A stretch of 42,032 bases of DNA, from contig JBIPPG010000001.1 in assembly GCA_044368545.1 (NCBI GenBank), positions 1-42,032 on the forward strand. Direction: 5' to 3'. Position numbers and translations under genes: made by a program. The DNA comes from Chitinophagales bacterium. GTDB taxonomy: Bacteria > Bacteroidota > Bacteroidia > Chitinophagales > JADJOU01. This document shows, piece after piece, positions 19,186 through 29,100 of this stretch. The notes under the pieces are model-generated. The model worked only from the letters and a program-made list of their open reading frames with translations. It was not told the DNA's origin and did not search any database. Within the stretch, counting starts at the first letter, position 1. Every line of letters starts with the position of its first letter.

Positions 19186-19602
19186 ATGTATCCAGAAGAA
19201 TTAGTAGCGCCAATGCGCCAAGAATTAGTAGATATGGGGTTCAAAGAATTGAAGAATGCTCAAGAAGTGGACGATATATTAGAAAAACAAACAGGAACTA
19301 CTTTTTTGGTAGTTAATTCTGTATGTGGATGTGCGGCGGGAGCGGCTCGTCCGGGCGTAAAATGGGCATTGAAAAATACCGAAAAAATGCCAGATAATTT
19401 GGTAACGGTATTTGCAGGAGTAGACACCGAGGCTGTTCAGCAAGCTAGGTCGTATACGATTCCATATCCACCATCATCTCCTTGTATGGGTTTGTTCAAA
19501 GATGGCGAATTGGTTCATTTTGTAGAGCGTCATCAAATTGAAGGAAATATGGCAGATAATATTGGAATGCATTGGAAAAAAGTGTTTGAACATTTCTGTT
19601 AA
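19186..19602 (+). CDS. Bacilliredoxin (BrxA/BrxB, YphP/YqiW, DUF1094) family protein
   Basis: [15 protein letters not shown] contains the family's CGC redox motif. I prefer the ATG at 19186 ([14 protein letters not shown], a family-typical N-terminus) over the ATG at 19156. Confidence 0.7.
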   Translation: MYPEELVAPMRQELVDMGFKELKNAQEVDDILEKQTGTTFLVVNSVCGCAAGAARPGVKWALKNTEKMPDNLVTVFAGVDTEAVQQARSYTIPYPPSSPCMGLFKDGELVHFVERHQIEGNMADNIGMHWKKVFEHFC

Positions 19603-19627
19603 GAATTTTTTATAATAAACATTAGAA

Positions 19628-19660
19628 AGGCAATTTGTAGTAATACAGATTGCCTTTTTT
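19628..19660 (+). terminator. Rho-independent terminator
   Basis: 12-bp stem aggcaatttgta / tacagattgcct (one G-U pair) with a 4-nt loop, followed by a T-run. Confidence 0.65.
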
Positions 19661-19746
19661 ATTTAATCTAGCTTGTGGTATATAGTATTTTTCCATAAAA
19701 TATATTTGATAGAACAAAAAAAAGGCTGGTTTTTTTATTTTTAAAT

Positions 19747-19754
19747 TAGTTTTG
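19747..19754 (+). promoter_or_regulatory. Candidate -7 box (TAGTTTTG)
   Basis: TAnnTTTG match 24 nt upstream of the ATG at 19778. A second match (TATATTTG) lies at 19701-19708. Confidence 0.3.
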
Positions 19755-19777
19755 TACATCGTATAAATATTGAAGAA

Positions 19778-21316
19778 ATGGACGCAGTAAACAAGTTATT
19801 AGAAAAAAGAGCATTAGCTCAATTAGGCGGTGGTCAAAAAAGAATAGACTCGCAACACGCAAAGGGAAAGTTGACGGCGAGAGAGCGTATCGAATTGCTT
19901 TTGGATTCGGGAAGTTTTGAAGAAATTGGAATGTTTGTAGAACACAGATGTACCGATTTTGGTATGGAAAATGAAAAATATTTGGGCGACGGTGTCGTTA
20001 CGGGATATGGAAATATTGATGGAAGATTGGTGTATGTATTTTCACAAGATTTTACTGTTTTTGGCGGTTCTTTATCAGAAACCCACGCCGAAAAAATATG
20101 CAAAATTATGGATTTAGCGGTTCAAAATGGAGCGCCCGTAATTGGTTTAAATGATAGTGGTGGTGCAAGAATTCAGGAAGGGGTTCAGTCTTTGGGAGGC
20201 TATGCCGATATTTTTTATCGTAATACAAGAGCCAGCGGTGTTGTGCCACAAATTTCGGCCATTTTGGGTCCGTGTGCAGGTGGAGCGGTTTATTCTCCAG
20301 CGATTACCGATTTTATTTTTATGGTGGAAAAATCTAGTTATATGTTTGTAACTGGACCCAACGTAGTTAAAACCGTAACGCACGAAGATATCACCAGCGA
20401 AGCTTTGGGTGGAGCAGAAACCCACGCATCTATAAGCGGCGTTACGCATTTCAAAGTTGCCAACGAAGTAGAGTGTATTCAAGGAATTAGAAAATTGATG
20501 TCGTACATTCCACAAAATTGTGAAGACACACCAATAGATTATGAGTTTAATATCGGCGATGAAACAAGAAAAGAACTCAGCGCTATTATTCCTGCCAATG
20601 CAAATCAACCCTATGATATGCACGATGTAATCAACGGAATTATTGATGCGGATAGCTTTTTTGAAGTACATAAAGATTGGGCAGAAAACATTATTTGTGG
20701 ATTTAGTAGAATCGGTGGAAAAAGTATAGGAATCGTTGCTAATCAACCGAGTAGTTTGGCGGGCGTATTAGACATTAATTCTTCCAGAAAAGCAGCGCGT
20801 TTTGTTCGTTTTTGTGATGCATTTAATATTCCTTTGTTGACATTGGTGGATGTACCGGGATTTTTGCCGGGCAAAGATCAAGAGTGGCAAGGAATTATTA
20901 CCAATGGCGCAAAATTGTTATACGCATTTAGCGAGGCTACCGTTCCAAAAATTACGGTAATTACTCGTAAAGCATACGGAGGAGCCTATGATGTGATGAA
21001 CTCAAAACATATTGGAGCGGATATGAATTATGCTTGGCCGTCGGCAGAAATTGCGGTAATGGGCGCAAAAGGTGCAGCAGAAATCATTTTCAAAAATGAA
21101 ATTTCAGCATCGAGCGACAAAGAGGCTACGTGGAAAGAAAAAGAATTGGAATATACCGAAACCTTTGCCAATCCATATAAGGCCGCAGCCAGAGGATTTG
21201 TAGATGAAGTAATTTTGCCAGAAGATACCCGAACCAAATTGATCAAAGCATTCAAGATGCTAGAAAATAAAGTGGTTAATCTTCCTAGAAAAAAACACGA
21301 TAATATTCCTTTGTAA
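19778..21316 (+). CDS. Acyl-CoA carboxylase carboxyltransferase (beta) subunit, propionyl-CoA carboxylase / methylmalonyl-CoA carboxyltransferase-like
   Basis: 512 aa. Motifs typical of the family are present: [37 protein letters not shown], and the C-terminal half [13 protein letters not shown]. Confidence 0.85.
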   Translation: MDAVNKLLEKRALAQLGGGQKRIDSQHAKGKLTARERIELLLDSGSFEEIGMFVEHRCTDFGMENEKYLGDGVVTGYGNIDGRLVYVFSQDFTVFGGSLSETHAEKICKIMDLAVQNGAPVIGLNDSGGARIQEGVQSLGGYADIFYRNTRASGVVPQISAILGPCAGGAVYSPAITDFIFMVEKSSYMFVTGPNVVKTVTHEDITSEALGGAETHASISGVTHFKVANEVECIQGIRKLMSYIPQNCEDTPIDYEFNIGDETRKELSAIIPANANQPYDMHDVINGIIDADSFFEVHKDWAENIICGFSRIGGKSIGIVANQPSSLAGVLDINSSRKAARFVRFCDAFNIPLLTLVDVPGFLPGKDQEWQGIITNGAKLLYAFSEATVPKITVITRKAYGGAYDVMNSKHIGADMNYAWPSAEIAVMGAKGAAEIIFKNEISASSDKEATWKEKELEYTETFANPYKAAARGFVDEVILPEDTRTKLIKAFKMLENKVVNLPRKKHDNIPL

Positions 21317-21326
21317 AAATAGTGAG

Positions 21327-21353
21327 AGCCGTTGATTTTTCAGCGGCTTTTTT
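21327..21353 (+). terminator. Rho-independent terminator
   Basis: 9-bp stem agccgttga / tcagcggct (one G-U pair) with a tttt loop, followed by a T-run. Confidence 0.55.
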
Positions 21354-21437
21354 ATTTTGTCAAAGAATGTTAATTTTATAAACCTAAATCAAATAGATTG
21401 GTCTAATACATCGTTATTGCTTATAAAAATCTAAAAT

Positions 21438-24400
21438 ATGAAAAATCTTTCTTTTTCTCTTGCTTTTTGCTTTTCGTTTTTCAACGCATTTTCACAGCCC
21501 TATAACTATGAGGCAAAATGGAAAGAAATTGAAAAAAAAGAAGAAAAAGGCGAATTCAAATCCAATTTGAATTTAATCAATGAACTTTTGGTGCAATCCA
21601 GAAAAGATAAACAAGATGCACATACGATAAAAGCCTTGTTTTTTCAGTCTAATATTTTCTATGAAACCCTAGAAGAGAAAGAAGAGCCAGAACTGGTTAT
21701 TGTTAAAAATTTCACACAAGAAATAGCACAAAGCAATGGCGTAAAAAAAGCGTTATTACAAAACATTTTGGGGCAGATGTTTTATCAATATTATAACAGC
21801 AAACAATGGCAAATACAAAATAGAACAAAGGTCGCGGGTAAAGTTACCGATTTTAGAGAATGGACAAAACGAGATTTTTATGAGCAAATAGACAGCCTGT
21901 ATAAAAACTCCATTCAAGATAAAAACAAATTGTTTGAAGCCTCTTTTGCGGAATGGAAAGAAATTATCAGCCCCAAAGAAATCAATGAACTCAAACCGAC
22001 GCTATATGATATGATGCTTTGGAATATGTCATTTTTTTATCAAGAAGATCATTTTGGATTACAAGATAAAGAAGAAGCGTTGAACAAACAATGGCTCAAT
22101 GAAAAAAGATATGAACTCGCGCAAATGCATCGTGCCAAAGACAATATTGCAACATCCTTGAACTGGCGAATGGCTGGTATTGAAAAAAACCTATCCAATA
22201 TTGGAGAATTAACCCAATTAGCGATGGAATATCCCCAAGAAGATTTTAATGCGGCCATTTATGCTGAAATAGCTAAAATATACACAGCTACCGACAAGGA
22301 AAAAGCTTTAAAAATTTGTAGAGAAACAATTCAAAAACACCCAAAATCAAAATGGCTACAGAATATCAAAGAAGTCGAAAAATCGATACTTTGGCCTTGG
22401 GCAACCCTAAAAATGGAACAAACGGAATTACCCAATCAACCCATTCCCATTTTGATTACTCATAAAAATATCAATAAGGTTTTTGTTCGTATTTATAACT
22501 TGACTGAAACGCCAAATACAATAAATCAAAAAAGGTTTAATACTGAAAAAAATAAGATAAACACTAATGGAACCATTGAACGTACCGTTTCATTTACCTT
22601 AAAAGAATTTCAAGATTATCAAGAACATAGGGCAATTTATAAGTTAGATGGACTTAGTGCTGGAAATTATGCAATTGCTATTTCCAACAACGAAGCCTTT
22701 GAAGCGGATGATGACAAAAACTTTGTTAATTATTCAGAATTTCAAGTTAGCAAAATACTGGTTTTAGAAAATGAAAGTTCTGAAAATGAAGAGAACAGTA
22801 AATTATTAAAAATGCACTTCGTCGATAGAAAAAGTGGTGCGCCACTAGCCAATCATACGATTGACTTTTATAAATTTAGAACAAAAATAACATCACAAAA
22901 GACAGATTACTTGGGTTTTTTAAACATTCCTTATGAAAAATTAGGTCTTAATCTCAATCAATATCACAATAATCAATACTGGATTTATGACCAACCATAT
23001 AAAGAAATGATAAATCTTGGAAATAAATATTTCAGCCATTATTATAGACAAGAACCAGAAATAAAAACGAATGCAGAAATTTTCTTAGATAGAGCCATTT
23101 ATCGCCCAACTCAAACGGCTTATTTTAAAGCCATTGTGTATAGTAAATTTAAAAACACGGCCAATATTCTTAAAAAGAAAACACTTAAAGTAAAACTTAT
23201 CAATGCGAATTATAAAGAAGTCGCTTCTTTAGATTTGACGACAAACGATTTTGGCTCGATTAACGGAAGTTTTATTTTGCCAAAAGATGGCGTAACGGGA
23301 GAATTTAGAATTCAAATTAAAGATATTAATGATGAAAATGGAGAAATTTCAAGCAAAGATTTCAAAGTAGAAGAGTATAAACGACCAAAGTTTGAAGTGA
23401 AAATGGATGAATACAAAGAGAATTATAAATTAGACCAAAAAATATCCATTTCTGGACAGGCACAGGCTTTTTCGGGTGCCAGAATCACCGATGCCAAAGT
23501 AAAATATCGAATTGTGCGAGAGGAACAATTTTTCTACGAAAGACCTTGGGGATTTTGGAAAAGAAGTTATGGATATTATCATCGAGCATCAAAAACGGAA
23601 GAAATAGAAAAAGGAGAAACCAAAACCGACGGAAAAGGAAATTTTACTATTTCGTTTGAAACAAAAACAAGCGAGCCAAGAAAGGAGTTGCCACGAAGTT
23701 ATTCATACACGCTTTATGTAGATGTAACGGATCTAAATGGAGAAACACAATCAACAGAGAGTAATGTTGTGGCGGGAGATGTGCCGCTAAAGTTGAGTAT
23801 TGTAGGAGGAAAAACATTTTCAACTCAAAATTGGAAAAAGCTAAAGATTCGCTCAGAGAATTTGAACGGACAGCAAGTTATGACAAAAGGATCGTTAAAG
23901 ATATATCAACTTATAGAACCGAATAGAACAATAAAACCCAACCCTTTGGGAGAAGATGCAGACTATCAATCGATGGATGAATCTACGTTTGTTCAAAATT
24001 TTCCATTTGAAATGTATGACAAAAATAAACAAGCTTCAGAAAACTGGGAGCGCAAGCTTGTTTTGGAAGTTCCTTTTGACACTAAAATTTCAGATACGGT
24101 TTCGCTAAACTTTAAAAATCTAACAGCAGGAAAATTTATTGCAGAAGCATCTACTCTATATGAAAAAGACACATTTACAATATCGGCGGAATATGAAATC
24201 AAAGATGAAATAACAAAAAGAGTTTTAAATCACGAGTTGTTAACGGTTAATAAAGATAAATCTTTTTATGAAATAGGCGATTTGGCAAGGGTTACGTTTC
24301 ATTCGGGAATGGAAAAAGGAATGATCTATATAGGGCTTTCTTCCGATAATCAATGGAAAGAGACAAAAGCCATTCCGCTACAAAATGGGACAGCTATATA

Positions 24401-27377
24401 TGAATTTCCTATCAAAGATGGATATGATATAGGGACTTATTTGAACTATTATTTTGTCAGTGAAAATACGATGATCAATCAACAAGAAAATATCGCTGTG
24501 TTTTCAAAACAAAATTATGATTTAAATATAAGTACCAAAACTTTTAGAAATAAATTGTTGCCAGGCGCAAAAGAAATTTGGGAAATGACCATTTCGGGAA
24601 AAGATAAAGAAAAAGTGTTTGCTGAAGTATTAGCAACCATGTATGATGCCAGCTTGGATAAATTTGCAATAAACGAAATTAATTTTCATCCGTTTGATTA
24701 TCACAATTATAATAATTTAAGTTTTTATAACGCGCCATTTATTAATAGAAAAATTGATTATTTAAATTCTTTATCTCGCTACCCTCACAACTACTTCCCC
24801 TCATTTATTTCAGAAAAATACAATCAAATCAATTTCTTTGGATTTCATTTTGGGGAAAACTACAGAAGAGATCGTATGATGTATAAAAGTATGGCAATGT
24901 CAGCAGCACCAATGAATAATATAATAGATACCTATATCCCAAAAGAATCAAATGTAATTAGTCTTGAAGATAATAAAGTTAGAAAAGAAAATAAAAAGCC
25001 ATTATTAATAGATAATTCTAAAGAAGACCTCTCACAAGTCAAAATCCGCACGAACCTCAACGAAACCGCTTTTTTCTTTCCTACTTTGATGACAGATGCG
25101 GAGGGAAATGTAAAAATTCAGTTTACGTCACCCGAAGCCTTGACCAAATGGAAATTTCAGCTATTGGCTCATACAAAGGAGCTTGAGTACGGTCTATTCA
25201 AAACTGAAGTCCAAACTCAAAAAGACCTTATGGTGGTTCCCAATGCGCCTCGTTTTCTTCGTGAAGGCGACCAATTGACATTTAGCTCAAAAATATCGAA
25301 CGTAAGTGATAAAAACCTAACGGGCGAAGTGGAGCTTCAATGGTTCGATGCGTTTACAATGAAACCAATCGATTCGGACTTTGGCAATACAAATGCTCGC
25401 AAAACATTTGAAGTCAAAGCAGGTGAAAACACAAATATCGACTGGCAAATCAACATTCCTTATACGCATCAAGCGGTTGTTTACAGAGTCGTAGCAAAAT
25501 CTGGAAATTTTAGCGATGGTGAAGAAAACACCTTACCCATTCTAACCAATCGTATGTTGGTAACGGAGACGTTGCCCATTTCCGTAAGGGAAAATCAATC
25601 GAAGACGTTTGTGCTTGAGAAATTGAAAAACAACAACTCTGCAACGCTTCAAAATTTCAATCTTACATTGGAACTAACGACCAATCCTCTATGGACGGTC
25701 ATTGGCGCTTTGCCTTATTTGAGAGAATATCCTTATGAGTGTAGCGAGCAGCTTTATAGTCGTTTGTATGGAAATGCCATTTCGACAGCCGTTTTGAATC
25801 AATCGCCAAAGATTAAAAAAGTGTTTGATGATTGGAATCAGAAAGGATTGCAAATATCAAACCTAGAGAAAAATCAAGAATTAAAAGCGTTGCTTCTCGA
25901 GGAAACGCCTTGGCTTCGTGATGCTCAATCGGAAACGGAGCAAATGCAACGTATTGCGTTATTTTTTGACCTCAATACGATGCGTCAAGAATTACACCAA
26001 GCTAAAGAAAAACTCTTGAAACGCCAGCAATCCAACGGTGCTTTTGCGTGGTTTGAAGGAGGACGCGAGGATGTTTATATCACAAATCATATCATAGGTG
26101 GCTTTGGAAAATTACAAAAAATGTTAGGCGCCAATTCCGCCAATCTTTTAGGAGATGATATTCAATCTTTGGTTGCCAAAGCTATTGCTTACAGCGATGC
26201 ATCGATGTTGTCAGAATGGAATCGCACCAAGAAAAAAGACCGACCGTCGATGTATTATTCGATGTTGCACTATTTCTATGTGCGAAGTTTTTGGAAAGAA
26301 AACATCCCAATGCCCGCATCCTATCGCACCATTCAAAATGAAGTTTTCAATGAAATGTTGCTGGAAGAATCTAAATCTGGCTTGAGCTACCGAGCTATGC
26401 TTGCGCTCACACTCAACCGATTTGGAAGAACGAAAGAAGCTTCCAAAATTGTAAACGCCATAAATGAACGCAGCGTAGAGAGTGATGAAATGGGGAAATA
26501 CTGGAAAGACAACGTGTCGGGATGGTATTGGTATCAAGCACCAATCGAAACGCAAACAATGCTCATAGAAGCCTATGATGAGATAATAAAAGATGAAAAA
26601 AGCGTGGAAGCGATGAAAGTTTGGCTTATAAAGAATAAACAAAACAATCGCTGGTCGAGCACCAAAGCGACAACAGAAGCGGTGTATGCGCTCTTTTCAT
26701 TAGGAAAAAGTTGGCTCAATGCCGAAGAAGGTATTACGGTAAAAGCTGGAAACGAAGTCGTTTATCCTCCTAGAAATGCCAACGAACCAAGTGAAATCAA
26801 CGCTTCGGGATATTTCAAGAAAAGCTGGAAAGGGGCAGATATTCAACCGTCGCTAGCTACGATAGACGTGGAGAAAAAAAGTCCAGGAGTAATATATGGA
26901 GGTTTATTTTGGCAGTATTTTGAACAGTTGGACAAAATCACACCTGCACAAACCAACCTGAAAATCAAAAAAGAACTTTATCTAAAAACCAACACGGATA
27001 AAGGCGTTCAGCTACAACCCATTACGGAATCTACACCTATAAAAGTGGGCGATCTTGTAACGGTACGTTGTGTATTGCAGACCGATAAAGACTTGAGTTA
27101 TATTCATCTCAAAGATATGCGAGCCAGTGGATTTGAACCCGTGAATGTATTTTCTAGTTATAAATGGAAAGATGGACTTGGATATTACGAAAGTACGCGC
27201 GACGCCTCCACCAATTTCTTTATCAGTTATATGCAACCCGGCGTTTATGTTTTTGAATATGATGTCAAAGCCAATAATGCCGGAACATTTTCCAATGGCA
27301 TTACCACCATTCAAAATATGTATGCACCCGAATTTTCGGCGCATACGCAAGGGATAAAGGTTCAGATTCAACGATAA
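21438..27377 (+). CDS. Bacterial alpha-2-macroglobulin family protein (large secreted protease-trap homologue)
   Basis: 1979 aa with a signal peptide and repeated MG-type beta domains. A thioester-like CSEQ lies in the context YPYECSEQLY (25740-25751), and there is a C-terminal receptor-binding-like domain. Confidence 0.75.
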   Translation: MKNLSFSLAFCFSFFNAFSQPYNYEAKWKEIEKKEEKGEFKSNLNLINELLVQSRKDKQDAHTIKALFFQSNIFYETLEEKEEPELVIVKNFTQEIAQSNGVKKALLQNILGQMFYQYYNSKQWQIQNRTKVAGKVTDFREWTKRDFYEQIDSLYKNSIQDKNKLFEASFAEWKEIISPKEINELKPTLYDMMLWNMSFFYQEDHFGLQDKEEALNKQWLNEKRYELAQMHRAKDNIATSLNWRMAGIEKNLSNIGELTQLAMEYPQEDFNAAIYAEIAKIYTATDKEKALKICRETIQKHPKSKWLQNIKEVEKSILWPWATLKMEQTELPNQPIPILITHKNINKVFVRIYNLTETPNTINQKRFNTEKNKINTNGTIERTVSFTLKEFQDYQEHRAIYKLDGLSAGNYAIAISNNEAFEADDDKNFVNYSEFQVSKILVLENESSENEENSKLLKMHFVDRKSGAPLANHTIDFYKFRTKITSQKTDYLGFLNIPYEKLGLNLNQYHNNQYWIYDQPYKEMINLGNKYFSHYYRQEPEIKTNAEIFLDRAIYRPTQTAYFKAIVYSKFKNTANILKKKTLKVKLINANYKEVASLDLTTNDFGSINGSFILPKDGVTGEFRIQIKDINDENGEISSKDFKVEEYKRPKFEVKMDEYKENYKLDQKISISGQAQAFSGARITDAKVKYRIVREEQFFYERPWGFWKRSYGYYHRASKTEEIEKGETKTDGKGNFTISFETKTSEPRKELPRSYSYTLYVDVTDLNGETQSTESNVVAGDVPLKLSIVGGKTFSTQNWKKLKIRSENLNGQQVMTKGSLKIYQLIEPNRTIKPNPLGEDADYQSMDESTFVQNFPFEMYDKNKQASENWERKLVLEVPFDTKISDTVSLNFKNLTAGKFIAEASTLYEKDTFTISAEYEIKDEITKRVLNHELLTVNKDKSFYEIGDLARVTFHSGMEKGMIYIGLSSDNQWKETKAIPLQNGTAIYEFPIKDGYDIGTYLNYYFVSENTMINQQENIAVFSKQNYDLNISTKTFRNKLLPGAKEIWEMTISGKDKEKVFAEVLATMYDASLDKFAINEINFHPFDYHNYNNLSFYNAPFINRKIDYLNSLSRYPHNYFPSFISEKYNQINFFGFHFGENYRRDRMMYKSMAMSAAPMNNIIDTYIPKESNVISLEDNKVRKENKKPLLIDNSKEDLSQVKIRTNLNETAFFFPTLMTDAEGNVKIQFTSPEALTKWKFQLLAHTKELEYGLFKTEVQTQKDLMVVPNAPRFLREGDQLTFSSKISNVSDKNLTGEVELQWFDAFTMKPIDSDFGNTNARKTFEVKAGENTNIDWQINIPYTHQAVVYRVVAKSGNFSDGEENTLPILTNRMLVTETLPISVRENQSKTFVLEKLKNNNSATLQNFNLTLELTTNPLWTVIGALPYLREYPYECSEQLYSRLYGNAISTAVLNQSPKIKKVFDDWNQKGLQISNLEKNQELKALLLEETPWLRDAQSETEQMQRIALFFDLNTMRQELHQAKEKLLKRQQSNGAFAWFEGGREDVYITNHIIGGFGKLQKMLGANSANLLGDDIQSLVAKAIAYSDASMLSEWNRTKKKDRPSMYYSMLHYFYVRSFWKENIPMPASYRTIQNEVFNEMLLEESKSGLSYRAMLALTLNRFGRTKEASKIVNAINERSVESDEMGKYWKDNVSGWYWYQAPIETQTMLIEAYDEIIKDEKSVEAMKVWLIKNKQNNRWSSTKATTEAVYALFSLGKSWLNAEEGITVKAGNEVVYPPRNANEPSEINASGYFKKSWKGADIQPSLATIDVEKKSPGVIYGGLFWQYFEQLDKITPAQTNLKIKKELYLKTNTDKGVQLQPITESTPIKVGDLVTVRCVLQTDKDLSYIHLKDMRASGFEPVNVFSSYKWKDGLGYYESTRDASTNFFISYMQPGVYVFEYDVKANNAGTFSNGITTIQNMYAPEFSAHTQGIKVQIQR

Positions 27378-27510
27378 CCGTAGGGTCAAGGCTTGCCCTT
27401 GACCCCTAAATTAATAACGAAGATGTTAATTTAGGGCATTCGTAATATATAAAAGGGTAACCGTAAAGGTTACCCCAACAGTTACTCCGAGGAGGTTTAC
27501 CCCAGACGTA
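27378..27510 (+). repeat. Cluster of REP-like palindromic units immediately after the A2M stop and upstream of the RAYT gene
   Basis: Three hairpins are present. First, gggtcaagg/ccttgaccc at 27383-27405. Second, ccctaaattaa/ttaatttaggg at 27404-27436. Third, gggtaacc/ggttaccc at 27455-27475. The first and third have near-copies inside the RAYT ORF. Confidence 0.65.
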
Positions 27511-27539
27511 AAAATATTTTTATTTTTATAGAAAATTCT

Positions 27540-27547
27540 TAATTTTG
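27540..27547 (+). promoter_or_regulatory. Candidate -7 box (TAATTTTG)
   Basis: TAnnTTTG match 30 nt upstream of the ATG at 27577. Confidence 0.35.
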
Positions 27548-27576
27548 GATTTCGATTTAATTCAAAATCTAAGAAA

Positions 27577-28266
27577 ATGAAACGATACAACCCAAAAATT
27601 CATAATAGAAGATCGATCCGTTTGAAGGGATACGATTATTCAAAAGCAGGATTATATTTCATTACCATTTGTTGTCAAGATAGAATTTGTCGATTTGGAG
27701 AAGTGAAAAATGGTGAAATGATTTTAAATGAATTAGGAATCATAGCGTATAATGAATGGATTAAATTGACGGAACGATTTGCGAATTTTGAATTGGACGT
27801 GTTTCAAATTATGCCCAATCATATACACGGAATTATTTCATTGTTACCCGTAGGGTCAAGGCTAGCCCTTGACCCAGAAAATAGCGTAGAAGATATTGTT
27901 ATTGAAAACGATGAATTATCAAGGCTTGCCCTTGACCCAGAAAATAGTATCGAAGAAAACCCCGTAGCGTCAGGGCTTGCTCCTGACGTATTTATAATAG
28001 ATGGGCAACCGCGAGGGTTGCCCCAACGGTTGACCCAACAGAAAAAACCTTCAATTCCAGACATCGTAGGCGCATATAAATCTATCGTAGCGAATGGCTG
28101 CCTTGAAATTTATAAGTCTAGAGATGAAGTGATGGGTAAGTTTTGGCAACGAAATTATTACGAACATATTATCAGAAATGAGTTTGCTTATTATAATATT
28201 TCGGAATATATTATCAATAATCCTATAAAGTGGGAAGAAGATCGTTTTTATTTCCCCAAAATCTAG
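27577..28266 (+). CDS. REP-associated tyrosine transposase (RAYT; IS200/IS605-like HUH Y1 transposase, COG1943 type)
   Basis: HUH motif MPNHIHGII and a C-terminal Tyr region FWQRNYYEHIIRNE...YIINNPIKW. A repeat-encoded insert of about 65 aa lies between them. Confidence 0.8.
   Translation: MKRYNPKIHNRRSIRLKGYDYSKAGLYFITICCQDRICRFGEVKNGEMILNELGIIAYNEWIKLTERFANFELDVFQIMPNHIHGIISLLPVGSRLALDPENSVEDIVIENDELSRLALDPENSIEENPVASGLAPDVFIIDGQPRGLPQRLTQQKKPSIPDIVGAYKSIVANGCLEIYKSRDEVMGKFWQRNYYEHIIRNEFAYYNISEYIINNPIKWEEDRFYFPKI
27848..28040 (+). repeat. Intragenic REP-like palindromes within the RAYT linker
   Basis: 27848-27875 equals 27378-27405 at 27 of 28 nt. 27919-27947 repeats 27856-27884 at an in-frame 63-nt offset. 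27961-27990 is a diverged copy with a retained stem. The 28003-28023 hairpin gggcaacc/ggttgccc parallels 27455-27475. Confidence 0.65.
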
Positions 28267-28311
28267 AAGTAAAGAAAAAGGATAAAAAAGACAAAACAAG
28301 CTGTTGTTGAT

Positions 28312-29100
28312 TTATCTTCTAAAAAAAAGCCCAAAAGCTATAAACAATGGTATTAAGGAAAAAATGTTCATTAACGCCAGATTAAAGATAAAGAATAGAA
28401 TTAAACCCAAAATATAAAACCAATCAAATTTTTTTGTTAAACACGGAATAATAAAACTCATTTGAAATAGGACTACAGAGTTATAAATAAAATCGCTAAT
28501 CAAGGGTCTGTTAATAAAAAACTTTCGTATTTGGTTAAAAAAACTATTTGGCTCTAAATATAAAGAGGTAATATTTTGTTCAATAATGATTGAATTTAAC
28601 TGATTTGGATGGAGAAAAGAGTTTCTACCAAGCTTCCAAAATCCAGCACTCCAAAAAATAAATAAGCCATATAAGATAAAAAAATGAAACATTAATTTTT
28701 GACTTTTTGTGCTTTGGGTAGTAATTGTGAGCCAGCCAAAAATTAAACTAAGTATACTGTGATAATGATGAAGAGCGTTGGTATTGTATAATATTTCAAA
28801 CAAGAACAATAGAACGATATTTATAAGAATTAGAAAGCGATTTGTTTTATAGAAAAAGATAGTTATGGGAATTACAAAAAGTAAAATCTCAAGAAAAATG
28901 CTTACTGTTTTGAATTTTGAAAAAAATTGAACAATACCCAAAAAATGAATAAGCCAATAGGTCTTGTCTATGTTTGGAAACTTGTACGGAGAGTCCACAA
29001 TTTCATGAAGACAAAAACCAAACCAGAAACTTGACAATAGAAGTACAATTTGGTATAAAGATAAAAACAGAATAAATTTATTTTTTTGATTTTGATTCAT
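28312..29100 (-). CDS. Multi-pass membrane protein, uncharacterised
   Basis: 262 aa with about 7-8 hydrophobic segments and no motif I can assign confidently. Its ATG at 29100 overlaps the upstream ORF by 23 nt. Confidence 0.45.
   Translation of the reverse strand: MNQNQKNKFILFLSLYQIVLLLSSFWFGFCLHEIVDSPYKFPNIDKTYWLIHFLGIVQFFSKFKTVSIFLEILLFVIPITIFFYKTNRFLILINIVLLFLFEILYNTNALHHYHSILSLIFGWLTITTQSTKSQKLMFHFFILYGLFIFWSAGFWKLGRNSFLHPNQLNSIIIEQNITSLYLEPNSFFNQIRKFFINRPLISDFIYNSVVLFQMSFIIPCLTKKFDWFYILGLILFFIFNLALMNIFSLIPLFIAFGLFFRR

Noticed and set aside
20147-20746. 199-aa minus-strand ORF, with smaller ones at 19834-20103 and 21028-21255
   Set aside because: They are antisense to the well-supported carboxyltransferase gene and have no recognisable motifs.
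27846-28045. Possibility that the RAYT gene is a pseudogene disrupted by REP insertions
   Set aside because: The reading frame stays open across all inserted units. Both the HUH motif and the C-terminal Tyr region remain in the same frame, so I call it an intact CDS with an expanded linker.
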